A stretch of DNA of 63,943 nucleotides from positions 1 through 63,943 of the forward strand of contig JAATGR010000071.1 of the NCBI GenBank assembly GCA_015654575.1, given 5' to 3'. The notes below the pieces were generated by a model. The model was given only the letters and a program-made list of their open reading frames with translations. It did not search any database and was not told where the DNA came from. Below are positions 28,158 to 37,401 of this stretch, piece by piece (within the stretch, counting starts at the first letter, position 1; the number at the start of each line of letters is the position of its first letter). The translations under genes and the position numbers were made by a program. Origin of the DNA: Actinomycetales bacterium. Lineage in GTDB: Bacteria; Actinomycetota; Actinomycetes; Actinomycetales; Microbacteriaceae.

Positions 28158-29684
28158 TCAGCGCCGCCCGAACCGCGCCCGCAGGTCCGCCTTGCGAACC
28201 TTGCCGCTCGCGGTGCGGGGCAGCTCCTCGACGACGACGACGTTCTTCGGCAGTTTGTAGCGGGCGAGGACGCCGTCGAGCTGCGCGCGCACGTGCTCGG
28301 TGGTGACCTCGGCGTCGTCGCGGACGGTGACCACCGCCCACGGCACCTCGCCCCACCGCTCGTCGGGAACGCCGATGACCGCGACGCCCGAGACGCCCTC
28401 GATGTCGTTGATCAGGTTCTCCACCTCCGCGGGGTAGATGTTCTCACCGCCGGAGATGATCATGTCCTTCAGTCGATCGGCGATATAGAGGTAGCCGTCG
28501 GCATCCAGATACCCCAGATCGCCGGAGCGGAACCAGCCGTCGTCGGTGAACGCGGTGGCGGTCGCCTCCGGCAGCCCGTGATAGCCGAGGAACACGTTCG
28601 GCCCCGACACCTCCACCTCGCCGACCGTGCCGCGCGGCACCATGTCGCCGTTCTCGTCAGCGATGCGCACCTCGGTGAAGAAGTGCGGTAGACCGACGCT
28701 GCCCTGCTTGACCCGGGTCATATCCGCGGCCAGCGCCGTCGCCCCGGGGGAGGTCTCCGTCATCCCATATCCCTGCGAGAATCGCAGACCGCGATCCTCA
28801 TAGGCGTTGAGGATACGGGTGGGCACCGCCGAACCGCCGCAGGTCAGCTTCTGCAGGCTTGAGACGTCGGTCGAGGCCCAGGACGGGTGATCCGCCAGCA
28901 ACTGATAGGTCGTGGGGACGCCGGCGAGCATCGTCACGCCGTGACGCTCGATAAGTTCGAGGGCGCGTCCGGCCTCGAATCCCTTCTCCAGGACCATGGT
29001 GGCGCCCTTCATGATCACGGGCATCGCGCCCATGCCCAGCGAGGCCACGTGGAACAGCGGTGAGATCATGAGGGCGACGTCATCGGAGGTGAGGTCGTAG
29101 TCGACGATGCAGTTCAGGGCGCACCAGGTCAGGTTGCCGTGGCTGAGCACGGCTCCTTTCGGTTTCCCGGTGGTGCCGGAGGTGTAGACGATCGCCATCG
29201 GGTCGTCGAGCGTGATCTTCGCGTCGAGATGCCCCGCTGGCGCCGCCTCTGCGAGCTCATCCAGCCCCGGGATGCCGGCCGCCCCCGGTCCGGTCAACAG
29301 CACGTGCGGGATCCGTGCCGCTTCCACGCCGTCCGCCACGCGGTCGGCGAACTCCGCATCATGGATCAGCGCTCTGGTGCCGGAGTCGATGAGCATGTGG
29401 GTGATCTCGGGTGGTGCGAGCCGGGTGTTCAGGGGCACGAAGACTGCACCCAGCTGCGCGCAGGCGAACAGTGTCTGCAGGAACGCCGGACTGTTCTCGC
29501 CGAGGTAGGCGACCGAGTCGCCCTTGCCGATGCCGCGGGCGGCGAGCAGCGCCGCGGTGCGATCGACGCGATCGGCGAGTTCGCGGTAGGTGAGGCTGTC
29601 ACCCTCGCCGAAGACGAGCGCGGTCTTGTCGGGCGTCTTCAGCCGCCGCTTGGCCATCCAGGATCCCAGTCCGTGGTTGTGCAT
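28158..29684 (-). CDS. Acyl-CoA synthetase, probable hydroxycinnamoyl-CoA ligase (CouL/PhdA-like)
   Basis: YTSGTTGKPKG, GYGMTE and GWFRSGDLG; cluster context. Confidence 0.85.
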   Translation of the reverse strand: MHNHGLGSWMAKRRLKTPDKTALVFGEGDSLTYRELADRVDRTAALLAARGIGKGDSVAYLGENSPAFLQTLFACAQLGAVFVPLNTRLAPPEITHMLIDSGTRALIHDAEFADRVADGVEAARIPHVLLTGPGAAGIPGLDELAEAAPAGHLDAKITLDDPMAIVYTSGTTGKPKGAVLSHGNLTWCALNCIVDYDLTSDDVALMISPLFHVASLGMGAMPVIMKGATMVLEKGFEAGRALELIERHGVTMLAGVPTTYQLLADHPSWASTDVSSLQKLTCGGSAVPTRILNAYEDRGLRFSQGYGMTETSPGATALAADMTRVKQGSVGLPHFFTEVRIADENGDMVPRGTVGEVEVSGPNVFLGYHGLPEATATAFTDDGWFRSGDLGYLDADGYLYIADRLKDMIISGGENIYPAEVENLINDIEGVSGVAVIGVPDERWGEVPWAVVTVRDDAEVTTEHVRAQLDGVLARYKLPKNVVVVEELPRTASGKVRKADLRARFGRR

Positions 29685-29730
29685 CGTTGCTCATTCCTCT
29701 TCTTCGAGGGGCCTGTTCTTCGTGAACTTT

Positions 29731-29792
29731 GCTGAGTGTCCACGACACGCGGTTCGGTCGGGGTGATTATCCGCGTGTCGTGGACGCTCAGC
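29731..29792. repeat. REP-like palindromic element, family A, copy 1
   Basis: GCTGAGTGTCCACGACACGCGG ... CCGCGTGTCGTGGACGCTCAGC. Confidence 0.8.
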
Positions 29793-29809
29793 GGATGAGG
29801 GAACGGGGG

Positions 29810-30262
29810 TCAGGGGTAGAGGCGCTGCAGGCTGCGCGCGACCAGGGCGGGCTTGGTGCCGCCCTCGATCTCGATCGTGGCGTCGACGACGAGTTGGTAG
29901 CCGCCTCCGACCTCGGTCACCTCGGCGATGGTGCCTACGAGGCGGATGCGGGAGCCGACCGTCACCGGCGAGACGAAGCGCACCCGGTCCAGCCCGTAGT
30001 TGACCTTCGTCGTGACGCCCTCGACGTCGAACACCTCACTCTGCAACGGGACCAGCAGTGACAGCGTCAGGAAGCCGTGGGCGATCGGCGCCCCGAACGG
30101 TCCTCCCGCCGCACGCTCGGGATCTACATGCAGCCACTGGTGGTCGTCGGTGGCGTCTGCGAAGGTGTTGATCCGATCCTGGGTGACCTCCAGCCAGCCG
30201 GAGGGGCCGATCTCTGCGCCTACGAAGGACGGCAGGTCGGCATAGGGGGCGAGGACGGTCAT
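29810..30262 (-). CDS. MaoC family enoyl-CoA hydratase (CouM/PhdE-like)
   Basis: FADATDDHQWLHVD, IAHGFLTLSL and NYGLDRVRF. Confidence 0.88.
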   Translation of the reverse strand: MTVLAPYADLPSFVGAEIGPSGWLEVTQDRINTFADATDDHQWLHVDPERAAGGPFGAPIAHGFLTLSLLVPLQSEVFDVEGVTTKVNYGLDRVRFVSPVTVGSRIRLVGTIAEVTEVGGGYQLVVDATIEIEGGTKPALVARSLQRLYP

Positions 30263-30305
30263 GGGGTGACTCCTTCGGTGGATGGCGGGTGGGTGATGCC
30301 GAGGT

Positions 30306-31490
30306 TCAGACGAACGCAGAGTGTCCGGTGAGTGCGCGTCCGACGAGGAGCGCGTTGATCTCGTGCGTGCCCTCGTAGGAGTAGATCGCCTCCGTGTCGG
30401 CGAAGAAACGGGCGGAGTCGTGATCGAGCAGGATGCCGTTCCCGCCGAGCAGTTCGCGCCCGAGCGCCGCGGTCTCGCGGGCGAGCCGGGCGGTCTGCAT
30501 CTTCGCGAGCGCGGAGTTCTCGTCGGCGAGCTCGCCCCGATCCTGTCGGGCCGAGAGCCGTACGACGATGCCGAGCGACGAGGTCAGGTTCCCGAGCATC
30601 CGCGCGAGCTTCTCCTGCACGAGCTGGAAGCCGCCGAGCGGACGGCCGAACTGCTCCCGCTGCCGGACGTAGCGGACGGTGGCGTCGAGCGCGCCGGCCT
30701 GCGCGCCGGCGGCGATCCAGGCGACGTCCGAGCGCATCGCCCCCAGGATCCGTGCGACATCGCGCCAGGACTCCACCCGCTGCAGCCGGGCGCTCTCGGG
30801 CACGCGCACCCCGTCGAAGGCGATGTCGAAGTTCTGCATCGGTCGCAGCGATACTTTCCCGTCGATGCGGGAGAGGACGACGCCCTCTGCTGTCGTCGGA
30901 ACGAGGAACGCCTTCACCTGCCCGTCGCCGCGGTCTCGGGCGAACACCGCGAGGAGGTCTGCAGTGTCGGCGCCGCCGATCCAGCGTTTGGCGCCATCGA
31001 TCACCCACCCGTCACCGTCGCGCCGCGCGGCCGTTTCGAGTCCGCCGGCGATGTCAGAGCCGTGCGCCGGCTCGGTGAGGGCGAACACCCCTGCCTGGCG
31101 GAAGGACCGGATGTCCGGATCCAGAGCCTCTGCCTGTTGCGACGAACCGCCGAGCCTCACCGTGGTGCGGAACAGGCCCGACTGCGCGTTGTAGAGCGTC
31201 GCGACCGAGACGTCGGTGCGGGCGAGTACGTAGTTGCGCCACCCGGAGAAGGTGCTGGATGTCGCTTCCTCCGCCGTCACGCCGGCCGGCTGCATCAGCT
31301 CGAGTGGCACCAGGGCGTCGAGGATCGCCGCGGGCATGGTCGCAGTCTCCCAGGCAGCCGACAGCAGCGGTCGCACCTCGGTTTCGAGCGTCTGCCGGAG
31401 AGACGCCAGGGCGGACAGGGCTGCCGGCGACAACGACGACTCGGCGAAGCCGAGCGGGTCGAAACCGGCGGGCGCGTCATTGCTGAGCAT
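30306..31490 (-). CDS. Acyl-CoA dehydrogenase (PhdD-like)
   Basis: FALTEPAHGSD, GAKRWIG, REQFGRPL and YSYEGTHEIN. Confidence 0.9.
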   Translation of the reverse strand: MLSNDAPAGFDPLGFAESSLSPAALSALASLRQTLETEVRPLLSAAWETATMPAAILDALVPLELMQPAGVTAEEATSSTFSGWRNYVLARTDVSVATLYNAQSGLFRTTVRLGGSSQQAEALDPDIRSFRQAGVFALTEPAHGSDIAGGLETAARRDGDGWVIDGAKRWIGGADTADLLAVFARDRGDGQVKAFLVPTTAEGVVLSRIDGKVSLRPMQNFDIAFDGVRVPESARLQRVESWRDVARILGAMRSDVAWIAAGAQAGALDATVRYVRQREQFGRPLGGFQLVQEKLARMLGNLTSSLGIVVRLSARQDRGELADENSALAKMQTARLARETAALGRELLGGNGILLDHDSARFFADTEAIYSYEGTHEINALLVGRALTGHSAFV

Positions 31491-32388
31491 GGGCGCCGTC
31501 CTCCGCCGCGAGCCCGAGCAGGCGAGCCGCGTTGTCCTTCAGGATGCCTGGCATAACCTCCTGTTTCAGCGAGGTCCGTTCCACGTCCCGTAGCCACCGG
31601 TCCGGTGTCAGCAGCGGGAAGTCGGAGCCGAACAGGATGCGGCGGGTCAGATACGAGTTCGCGGCGCGCACCAGTGATTCCGGGAAGTACTTCGGACTCC
31701 AGCCCGAGAGATCGATCCAGGTGTTGTGCTTGTGCGTCGCGACGCTCAGCGCCTCGTCCTGCCAGGGCACGGACGGGTGGGCCATGATGATCTGCAGCCG
31801 CCCGAACCGGGCGGCGACCTCGTCGAGGAGCATCGGATTCGACAGCGCCAGTCGCAGCCCCCGCCCGCCCGGCATCCCAGCCCCGATCCCGGTCTGCCCG
31901 GTGTGGAACAGTGCGACCACGCCCGCATCCTCCAGGACTTCGTACAGGGGGAAGAAGCGCTCGTCGCTCGGATCGAAGCCCTGCACGGTCGGGTGGAACT
32001 TGAAGCCGCGCACGCCGTGCTCATCGATCAGTCGGTGTGCGCGGGGAACGGCGTCCTCACGGTTCGGGTCGACGGAGGCGAACGGGATGAGCACGTCGTT
32101 GTTGCGTGCCGCCCCCTGCGCGATCTCCTCGTTCGAGAGGGGCGGATGCCCCAGGTTGGTCTCCGAGTCGACGGTGAAGACGACCGCGGCCATCCGCCGC
32201 GCGCGGTAGTGGTCGGCGATCGCGTCGAGGTCGGGCCGGCCGATGTCGGCGCTGAAATACGCCGCGGCCGCCTCGACCAGATCGGGTGGCAGCGACGCGT
32301 GCCCGTGCGCGTCGACCTCGATGTGCACGTGCACATCGATCGCGGTCGTCTGCGCGAGGTCGATCGCCGGTTCGTAGCGGACCGTCAC
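31477..32388 (-). CDS. couO: Amidohydrolase, probable 4-hydroxyphenyl-beta-ketoacyl-CoA hydrolase
   Basis: IDVHVH, GFKFHP, FHTGQTGIGAG, MAHPSVPWQDEA and IDLSGWSPKYFP; GTGA overlap with the SDR. Confidence 0.82.
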   Translation of the reverse strand: MTVRYEPAIDLAQTTAIDVHVHIEVDAHGHASLPPDLVEAAAAYFSADIGRPDLDAIADHYRARRMAAVVFTVDSETNLGHPPLSNEEIAQGAARNNDVLIPFASVDPNREDAVPRAHRLIDEHGVRGFKFHPTVQGFDPSDERFFPLYEVLEDAGVVALFHTGQTGIGAGMPGGRGLRLALSNPMLLDEVAARFGRLQIIMAHPSVPWQDEALSVATHKHNTWIDLSGWSPKYFPESLVRAANSYLTRRILFGSDFPLLTPDRWLRDVERTSLKQEVMPGILKDNAARLLGLAAEDGAHAQQ

Positions 32389-33302
32389 CGCTGCAACTCC
32401 TCCGGCAGCGGGGGGAAGCTCTCGCCCACTGACTGCAGGCTTCCGCTGGTGACGCGGGGGAACTCGGCCTGCAGGGCCTCGAGCGACCAGCCGCCGTCGT
32501 GGTAGGCAGTGACGACCGCTTCGGGGTGTGACCACAGCTGGAGGCGGTCGCCGCCCACGCCGATCGACTGACCTGTGATGTCGGCGGCGTCATCCCCGGC
32601 GAGGTAGGCGAGGAGGGGCGCGACATCGTCGGACGTGCCGAAGCCGAGATCGTGGCGGAAGAACGCCGGCATGGCCTCGCCTGCTGCATCGGCCTCGACC
32701 GCTGCGGCGAAGTACGGAACGGTGGCAGTCATCGCGGTCGCCGCCACCGGGATCACAGCGTTGACGGTGATCCCGGCCTTCTTCAACTCGATGGCCCAGG
32801 TGCGAACCATCCCGACGATGCCGGCCTTGGCGGCGGCGTAGTTGGTTTGGCCGAAGTTGCCGCGCTGCCCGGTGGGCGAGCCGATGCAGATGATCCGCCC
32901 TGCGACCTGGTTCGCCCGCATCTGGGTGGCGGCCTCGCGGACGCAGGTGAAGGTGCCGCGCAGGTGCACGCCGATGACGGTGTCGAAGTCGTCGTCGCTC
33001 ATGTTCCAGAGCGTCTTGTCGCGGAGCACGCCCGCGTTGGTGACGAGGATGTCGAGGCGCCCGTAGGTTTCGACAGCGGTTCGCACGAGCTGCACGGCCG
33101 TCTCGGTGGGGCCCACCGGGGCGACGACCGCGGCGGCGCGGCCGCCGGCGTCAGTGATGCTCGTCACCGCTCGTTCGGCGGTCTGCGCGTCGATGTCGTT
33201 GATCACGACGGCGGCCCCCTGACGCGCGAGCTCCTGCGCGTAGGCGAGCCCGAGCCCGCGTCCCGATCCGGTGACGATGGCGACCTTGCCGTCGAGGCTC
33301 AT
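32385..33302 (-). CDS. SDR, probable hydroxyphenyl-beta-hydroxyacyl-CoA dehydrogenase (CouN/PhdB-like)
   Basis: TGSGRGLG, NAGVLRD and GNFGQTNYAAAKAG; RBS AAGGAG. Confidence 0.85.
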   Translation of the reverse strand: MSLDGKVAIVTGSGRGLGLAYAQELARQGAAVVINDIDAQTAERAVTSITDAGGRAAAVVAPVGPTETAVQLVRTAVETYGRLDILVTNAGVLRDKTLWNMSDDDFDTVIGVHLRGTFTCVREAATQMRANQVAGRIICIGSPTGQRGNFGQTNYAAAKAGIVGMVRTWAIELKKAGITVNAVIPVAATAMTATVPYFAAAVEADAAGEAMPAFFRHDLGFGTSDDVAPLLAYLAGDDAADITGQSIGVGGDRLQLWSHPEAVVTAYHDGGWSLEALQAEFPRVTSGSLQSVGESFPPLPEELQR

Positions 33303-33340
33303 GTGCGACTCCTTCGTTCGTGGTCCCATTACAGCGCCAG

Positions 33341-33361
33341 ATAATTGAAAATGTCAACTAT
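33341..33361. promoter_or_regulatory. MarR (CouR-type) operator
   Basis: ATAATTGA-N5-TCAACTAT palindrome between the divergent operon and the MarR gene; TAGTCT -10 at 33381 lies 6 nt before the ATG (leaderless). Confidence 0.7.
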
Positions 33362-33392
33362 TGGATTCGGCACGTTTTGCTAGTCTTGGATC

Positions 33393-33848
33393 ATGCCTCA
33401 CGACCTCGCCGGAGCCGGTCGTCTGAGCGCCTCGTCGTTGACCGCGGATGTCAGCTTCCTGCTGGCGCGGGCCAACGCTCTTTCCTTCGCCGCGGGAAAC
33501 GTCGCGCTCGCCGCGCACGGGCTGAGAGCGCGTTCGTACTCGGTGCTCGCGCTGGCCGCGGGCGGCATCCGCCCCTCGCAGCGCGAGATCGCGGACTTTC
33601 TCCGACTCGACCCCAGCCAGGTCGTCGCCCTGGTCGACGACCTGCAACGGCATGGCCTCGTCGAACGCGAACCCGACCCCGTCGACCGCCGGGCGAACGT
33701 CGTGGTCGCCACGGCTGCGGGGCGTGAGCTGTATGCTGAGGCCTCCGCCGATGCGCTCGATGCCGAGGAGGAGTTGCACGGTGCGCTCGATCCGGCCCAA
33801 CGCGCCCAGCTCGCCGAGCTGCTGCGGATCGTCGCCTTCCCCAGCTGA
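33393..33848 (+). CDS. MarR family repressor (CouR/PhdR-like)
   Basis: SQREIADFLRLDPSQVVALVDDL and DPVDRRA. Confidence 0.88.
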   Translation: MPHDLAGAGRLSASSLTADVSFLLARANALSFAAGNVALAAHGLRARSYSVLALAAGGIRPSQREIADFLRLDPSQVVALVDDLQRHGLVEREPDPVDRRANVVVATAAGRELYAEASADALDAEEELHGALDPAQRAQLAELLRIVAFPS

Positions 33849-33894
33849 GCGGCGAGGCTTCCGTCGCCCCCGCGACGTTCTCGTCGGGGGCCTG

Positions 33895-33954
33895 CTGAGT
33901 GTCCACGACACGCGGGTGTGACGGAGCTGTCCTCCGCGTGTTGTGGACACTCAG
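33895..33954. repeat. REP-like palindromic element, family A, copy 2
   Basis: CTGAGTGTCCACGACACGCGG ... CCGCGTGTTGTGGACACTCAG. Confidence 0.8.
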
Positions 33955-33959
33955 TCTTC

Positions 33960-33989
33960 GAGGGCGAGGGCGAGGGCGAGGGCGAGGGC
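33960..33989. repeat. (GAGGGC)5 microsatellite
   Basis: Five perfect copies, intergenic. Confidence 0.9.
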
Positions 33990-34021
33990 GTCGTGCGGCC
34001 CAGCCGTGCGGCGCGGGGCGG

Positions 34022-35203
34022 TCAGTGGCCGTCGAGCACGAACCGCTCGCGGCCGACCGCGATCCCCACGGCGAGCTGCGCGACCACGATGACCGTCAGC
34101 AGGATGAAGGGCAGCAGCCATCCGCCGTCGAGGCCGTGCAGGCCGCCGAAGGCGACGGGGCCGATCGCCGCCAGCAGGTAGCCTACCGACTGCGCCATCC
34201 CGGACAGCGCCGTGGCGGAGCGATGGTCGCGCGCCCGTTCGGCCATCAGGGTGAGCGACATCCCCAGCGAGGCGCCCGCCGACAGTCCCGTCGGCAGCGC
34301 CCAGAGCGTGAGCAGGTCGGGCGCGGTCAGCATCCCGATCACGCCGACGATGCCGAGAACCGGGATCAACGCGGGGATCCAGCGTCGAATGCCGCCCCGC
34401 AGCACTGCCGGTAGCGCGATCGACCCGGCGATGGCGAAGATCTGGTACACCATGACGTCGACCCCGGCGCTGACGGCGGCGTGACCGTGCGAGGTGGCGT
34501 AGGGGGCCAGCCAGGTGAGCAGGATGTAGAAAGACGCCGACTGCAGCCCCATGTAGCCGGCGACCTGCCAGGCCGCCGCGTCGCGCCAGATGCCGGTGCT
34601 CGTGCGGGATCCCCGTCGCCGCCCCCGGAGCTCCCGTGGCAGCCGGCGCATCGCGATCAGCCAGGCGACCACGGCGAGGGGCACCAGGATGCCGGTCGCC
34701 GCGAGCGCGGTGCGCCATCCCAGCGGCGGCCCGGCGGGTGCGGCGAGGGAGATCGGGACGACCACGCCGGATGCCACCGCCCCGACGCCCGCGAGCAGTG
34801 CGGTGTAGACCCCCATGACCTGCGGCACACGGTCGGCGAAGTCGCGGCGGACGATCGCCGGCATGAGCACGTTCGCCACCGCGAGCGCGGCGCCGATGAG
34901 CGCCGTGCCAAGCCACAGGTTGGCGTCGGACCCCGGCAGCGAACGCCAGATCGTGCCGATGCCGAGCACGACGAGCGAAAGCAGCAGCGTCCGCGATGTG
35001 CCGAACCGTTCACTCAGCGCGTGCGTGAGAGGGGAGACCAGTGCCCACGTGAGCAGGGGGATGGACGCCAGCGCGCCGAGGGCGACCGTTGTGGTGCCGA
35101 GGTCGTCGGCGATCTGCTCCAGCAACGGTCCGACGCCGGTGATCGTGGCGCGCATGTTCGCCGCGATGAGGCAGACCGCGACGAACAGGGCAATGCGCGG
35201 CAT
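34022..35203 (-). CDS. MFS transporter, CynX/NimT family
   Basis: AANMRATITGVGPLL, ANVLMPAIVRRDF and LSGMAQSVGYLLAAIGP. Confidence 0.85.
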   Translation of the reverse strand: MPRIALFVAVCLIAANMRATITGVGPLLEQIADDLGTTTVALGALASIPLLTWALVSPLTHALSERFGTSRTLLLSLVVLGIGTIWRSLPGSDANLWLGTALIGAALAVANVLMPAIVRRDFADRVPQVMGVYTALLAGVGAVASGVVVPISLAAPAGPPLGWRTALAATGILVPLAVVAWLIAMRRLPRELRGRRRGSRTSTGIWRDAAAWQVAGYMGLQSASFYILLTWLAPYATSHGHAAVSAGVDVMVYQIFAIAGSIALPAVLRGGIRRWIPALIPVLGIVGVIGMLTAPDLLTLWALPTGLSAGASLGMSLTLMAERARDHRSATALSGMAQSVGYLLAAIGPVAFGGLHGLDGGWLLPFILLTVIVVAQLAVGIAVGRERFVLDGH

Positions 35204-35270
35204 CCGCACCGTGCCCGCTTCATCGCCCACGACGCCCGACTGTACCGGAGGCCGGGAGTAGCGTGGCCGG

Positions 35271-36479
35271 GTGACCCCCGCTCCTTCCCGCCCCGGTCGA
35301 CGACTGGGGTTCCTCGTCGTCTCCATCGTGCTCGCCGCGGCGATGCTGCGCGCCCCGATCGTCGCCATCGCGCCCGTCGCCACGACGATGCGCGCGGATC
35401 TGGGGGTGTCCGCAGCGGTGGTGGGACTGCTGACCACCATCCCGGTGATCGCGTTCGCCGTCTGCACGCCGCTGGCGATCGCGGTGATCCGTCGCGGCGC
35501 GGACTTCGCGCTCACGCTGAGCATGGTCGGGGCGATCGTGGGGTGCCTCATCCGTTCGGCCGGTGGTCTGCCTGCAGCACTCGTGGGCACGGCGGTGCTC
35601 GGGGTGTTCCTCACGATCGGCAACGTCGTAGTGCCGGTCGTGATCGCACGCGAGTTCCCGCCCCACCGCGTGCACATGATGACCGGCGTCTACACCTCGT
35701 CCATCAACGTGGGGACGATGTCCGTGACACTCGCCACCGCGCCGCTGGCCGGCGCGATCGGCTGGCAGGGTGCGATCGCGGTCTCCGCGGTGTTCGGACT
35801 GGCGGCGCTGGCGACCTGGGCGGCCACGCACGGCCTGCGCGGCGCCCTCCTGCCCGCGCACGCCCCGGCGCCGGCCGATCCGGAGCCAGGCACCGCCGCC
35901 GTGCCCCGACGCCGTTCCGTGCTGCGCGCCGGCACCACGTGGGCGCTGGGTGCCGCCTTCGCGGGCCAGGCCTTCGCGTACTACGCCATGACGGCGTGGC
36001 TGCCGACGCTGCTGATCGACAACGGCTTCGGGTCGGAGGCGGCCGGCGCGATCGCCGCGGTCTTCCAGGTGGCGGGGATCGCCGGCGGTCTGCTCTCCCC
36101 GCTCATCACGACGCGGGTCTCGATCCTCGCGGGCGTGCTCGCCGTGGCGATCGGCTGGATCACCGTGCCGATCGGGTTCATGATCGCCCCGGAGCTGTGG
36201 TGGCTGTGGTGCATCGTCGGCGGGGCCGCGCAGGGCGGCGGCCTGACCGTCGTGTTCATCATGGTCAGCGCCCTCGGCGGGGGAGGGCGCGAGATGGCGA
36301 GCCGCTCGGGCCTCGTGCAGGGCGTCGGCTACGCGCTCGGCGCGGCAGGGCCCACCCTGCTCGGCGGCGTCCACGAATGGACCGGAGGCTGGACGCTCCC
36401 GCTGTGGATCGTGGTCGTCGCGGTGGTGCTGTTCGGCACGGTCGGCAGCGGCGTGGCGCTTCGCCTCCGTCGTTCCTGA
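35271..36479 (+). CDS. MFS transporter, CynX/NimT family
   Basis: LRAPIVAIAPV, GNVVVPVVIAREF and SGLVQGVGYALGAAGP. Confidence 0.85.
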   Translation: MTPAPSRPGRRLGFLVVSIVLAAAMLRAPIVAIAPVATTMRADLGVSAAVVGLLTTIPVIAFAVCTPLAIAVIRRGADFALTLSMVGAIVGCLIRSAGGLPAALVGTAVLGVFLTIGNVVVPVVIAREFPPHRVHMMTGVYTSSINVGTMSVTLATAPLAGAIGWQGAIAVSAVFGLAALATWAATHGLRGALLPAHAPAPADPEPGTAAVPRRRSVLRAGTTWALGAAFAGQAFAYYAMTAWLPTLLIDNGFGSEAAGAIAAVFQVAGIAGGLLSPLITTRVSILAGVLAVAIGWITVPIGFMIAPELWWLWCIVGGAAQGGGLTVVFIMVSALGGGGREMASRSGLVQGVGYALGAAGPTLLGGVHEWTGGWTLPLWIVVVAVVLFGTVGSGVALRLRRS

Positions 36480-36559
36480 CCCGCATCCGCGAGTCGTCCC
36501 GGGATCGGGCGGGAGCTCCGCCCGCGGGGCCGGTAGGGTCGCCCCCAGAAGGGACGACG

Positions 36560-37324
36560 ATGGCCGAGGGGATGCTGCGCCGCGCGATGCGCGTGCTGGC
36601 CGCTTTCGACGAGGACGAACCGGTGCTCTCCGCCGCGGAGATCGCGGAGCGCGCCGGGCTGCCGCGTTCGAGCGTGCACCGGATGCTCGTCCAGCTCGTC
36701 GCCGAGGGCGTCGTCGATCGCGCGCCCGATCACCGGTATGCGATCGGTGCCCGCCTCTGGGAGCTGGGCGAGCTGTCGCCGATCGCGTTCCGGCTGCGGG
36801 AGAGGGCGCTCCCGCATCTGGTGCGGCTCTACGAGGCGACCGGGGAGAACGTGCACCTGGCGGTGCTGGACGCGCCCTCACCCGCCTCCGCCTCCGTGCT
36901 CTTCGCCGCGCGCATCACCGGGCGGGCCTCGGTTCCCACGCTCGGGCGCATGGGCGGGCGTCATCCGCTGCACACCACGGGCGTCGGCAAGGCGCTGCTC
37001 GCCACGCGCGCCGAGCCATGGCTGACGGCCTACCTGGCGACGGCGCCGCTGCTGCCGGAGACGACGCGCTCGATCACGGATGCGGATGCGCTCCGCGCCG
37101 ACATCGCCGCCGCCAGGGCCCGCGGGTACGCGGTGACCCACGGGGAGATGACCCTCGGCAACGTGTCGGTGGCCGCGCCGCTCGGTACCGTGACCGGGCT
37201 GCCGCCGATCGCGCTCGGCATCGTCGCGCATGCCGACGAGACGATCGTTCCCCGCCTCGCGCACATGGTGCTGGCGGCCGCGAAGGACCTCGCGAGCGAT
37301 CTTCGCGCGGCCGATTCTCGCTGA
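36560..37324 (+). CDS. IclR family transcriptional regulator
   Basis: LRRAMRVLAAF HTH and PLHTTGVGKALLA. Confidence 0.88.
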   Translation: MAEGMLRRAMRVLAAFDEDEPVLSAAEIAERAGLPRSSVHRMLVQLVAEGVVDRAPDHRYAIGARLWELGELSPIAFRLRERALPHLVRLYEATGENVHLAVLDAPSPASASVLFAARITGRASVPTLGRMGGRHPLHTTGVGKALLATRAEPWLTAYLATAPLLPETTRSITDADALRADIAAARARGYAVTHGEMTLGNVSVAAPLGTVTGLPPIALGIVAHADETIVPRLAHMVLAAAKDLASDLRAADSR

Positions 37325-37401
37325 GTGAGACTCGTGGCGCGCGAACCGCAGGGGGGATGGCAGCCTGAATCGGTTCCGAGGATCGTCGAAGGAGACAGTT
37401 C

